Assembly (NCBI GenBank): GCA_963797555.1
Contig: CAWCPV010000002.1
Span: 192,001 to 256,000, forward strand
Reading direction: 5' to 3'
Source of the DNA: an uncultured Gammaproteobacteria bacterium
GTDB taxonomy: Bacteria > Pseudomonadota > Gammaproteobacteria > CAWCPV01
Length of the DNA: 64,000 nt
The notes beneath the pieces were generated by a model. That model did no database searches, was not told where the DNA came from, and worked only from the letters and a program-made list of their open reading frames with translations. Shown piece by piece: positions 62,633-64,000 of this stretch. A program made the position numbers and the translations under genes. Position 1 is the stretch's first letter, and every line of letters starts with the position of its first letter.

Positions 62633-64000
62633 ACCTCTCCCCACAGCCGCTCCGCGAGGCTCGAGGCGCGCTCCACGCGGCGCTGCACCGCTGCGGCCAG
62701 CACCGTCGGCGGGCCCCACACGCTGACGTGCTCCCGGGCCCGGGTGACGCCTGTGTAGATCAGCTCCCGCGTGAGCACCGGTGAAGGCCGGTCGGGAAGG
62801 ACGAGCATCACGCGGTCGAACTCGGATCCCTGGCTCTTGTGTACGGTCATGGCGAAGACCGTCTCGTGCTCTGGCAGCCGGGCCGGCAGCAGACGGCGGA
62901 GCTCCCCGCCCGGCCTCTCGAACCAGGCGCGCAGGGCGCCGCCCGCGGCCGGGTCCGGCCAGAGGACGCCGACGTTGCCGTTGAACAGATCGAGCCGGTA
63001 GTCGTTGCGGATGACCATCACCGGGCGGCCGGCGTACCAGCCCGTCTGCGGCGCCGTGAGCCCCATCCGCCGCAGAGCCGCCTCGATGAGCGCATTGACC
63101 TGGCGCACGCCCCAGGGCCCCTCCCGCAGGGCGCAAAGGACCCGGAAACGTCCCAAAGCGCGCAGCGCCTCGGCCGGGTCGGTCTGCTCCAGGAACGCCC
63201 GGTATCCCGCGCTCGCCTCCTCGGCGAGGGCGTCCCGCGTGTGCTCGCCGGCCGGTTGGTAGGCCACGTCGGGGTGACCGCCCGACTGCAGCATCGCCAG
63301 GGCGCCCGCGGCGTCCCCTGCGTTGACGCGGGCGGCGAGTGCCCCGATGCCGCTCTCGGCGCCGAAGCGGTAGCTCCGCGTGAGCAGTGCGATGCTGTCG
63401 GCGATGGGCGGCGCCCCCTGGTCGCCCTCCGGGTCCGGCGGCCCGGCTCCGGCCACTTCATTGAGCGCTTCGCGCATCGCGGCGGAGGGCCGCACCGGCC
63501 GGCCTCTGCCGCAGAGGTCGCCCAGCACGGCGCCGGCCTCCACCGAGGCGAGCTGGTCCCGGTCGCCCAGCAGGATCAGCCGGGCGTGCTCCGGCAGGGC
63601 GGCCAGCAGGCGGGACAGGGTGGGAAGGTCCACCATCGAGGCCTCGTCCACCACCAGCGCGTCCAGGTGCAGGGGGTTGTCCGGGCCATGGCGGAAGCCG
63701 ACCCGTCCGGGTACCGCCCCGAGCAGGCGATGCAGGGTGGCGGCCTCCTCGGGTATGGCGCTACAGAGGTCCGGCCCCAAGGGCAACTCCTGTTTGACCG
63801 CCCGGATGGACTCCCCGAGCCGGGCTGCGGCCTTGCCGGTCGGCGCGGCGAGCCCGACGCGCGCCGCCGGCACCCCCTGGTCCGCCAGCAGGGCCAGGAT
63901 GGCGGTGACGGTGCGCGTCTTGCCGGTGCCGGGGCCGCCCGAGATCACCGCGAGGTTCCGCAGGAGCACGGTGGCGGCGGCGAGCCGCTGACCGTCCGGA
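62629..64000 (-). CDS. recD: RecD (exonuclease V alpha subunit), 5' end outside the window
   Basis: GGPGTGKT, APTGKAA, VVDEASMVD, GDRDQL, MTVHKSQGSEF and YTGVTRA. Confidence 0.95.
   Translation of the reverse strand, partial: PDGQRLAAATVLLRNLAVISGGPGTGKTRTVTAILALLADQGVPAARVGLAAPTGKAAARLGESIRAVKQELPLGPDLCSAIPEEAATLHRLLGAVPGRVGFRHGPDNPLHLDALVVDEASMVDLPTLSRLLAALPEHARLILLGDRDQLASVEAGAVLGDLCGRGRPVRPSAAMREALNEVAGAGPPDPEGDQGAPPIADSIALLTRSYRFGAESGIGALAARVNAGDAAGALAMLQSGGHPDVAYQPAGEHTRDALAEEASAGYRAFLEQTDPAEALRALGRFRVLCALREGPWGVRQVNALIEAALRRMGLTAPQTGWYAGRPVMVIRNDYRLDLFNGNVGVLWPDPAAGGALRAWFERPGGELRRLLPARLPEHETVFAMTVHKSQGSEFDRVMLVLPDRPSPVLTRELIYTGVTRAREHVSVWGPPTVLAAAVQRRVERASSLAERLWGEV

Overview
High-GC bacterial DNA, probably gammaproteobacterial (gcvR, phoH, H-NS, recD). 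It has three parts. (1) 1-5.5 kb: a decayed defence/toxin-antitoxin patch with a hicA end, a broken NACHT/NLR-like gene, a DUF4062-TPR gene, an mrr remnant, and a small protein sharing a Gly-rich RHIM/BASS-like motif with the NACHT N-terminus. (2) 5.7-26.5 kb: gcvR, PIN-PhoH and an alpha-glucan/trehalose operon (DUF5752, treT, glgB, glgE, treS-mak, glgX, treZ, malQ-treY). (3) 26.5-62.6 kb: an accessory island ending at recD. It carries IS elements, H-NS and a type III-B CRISPR-Cas locus (cas6, CARF-wHTH, cmr1, cas10, cmr3, cmr4, truncated cmr5, no cmr6, 20-repeat array). It also has a cas2-cas1-short cas1-cas2 adaptation module, an ISCR-like glycosyltransferase insertion bounded by a ~520 bp direct repeat, two more CARF effectors and several TA pairs. 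Best novelty candidates: a GCAAGCTTGC palindrome ahead of nearly every cas transcription unit with a CARF-wHTH protein as possible reader; a catalytically degenerate second Cas1 with two divergent Cas2s; and a putative amyloid-signalling motif pair. All family calls come from motif recognition by eye, not database searches.
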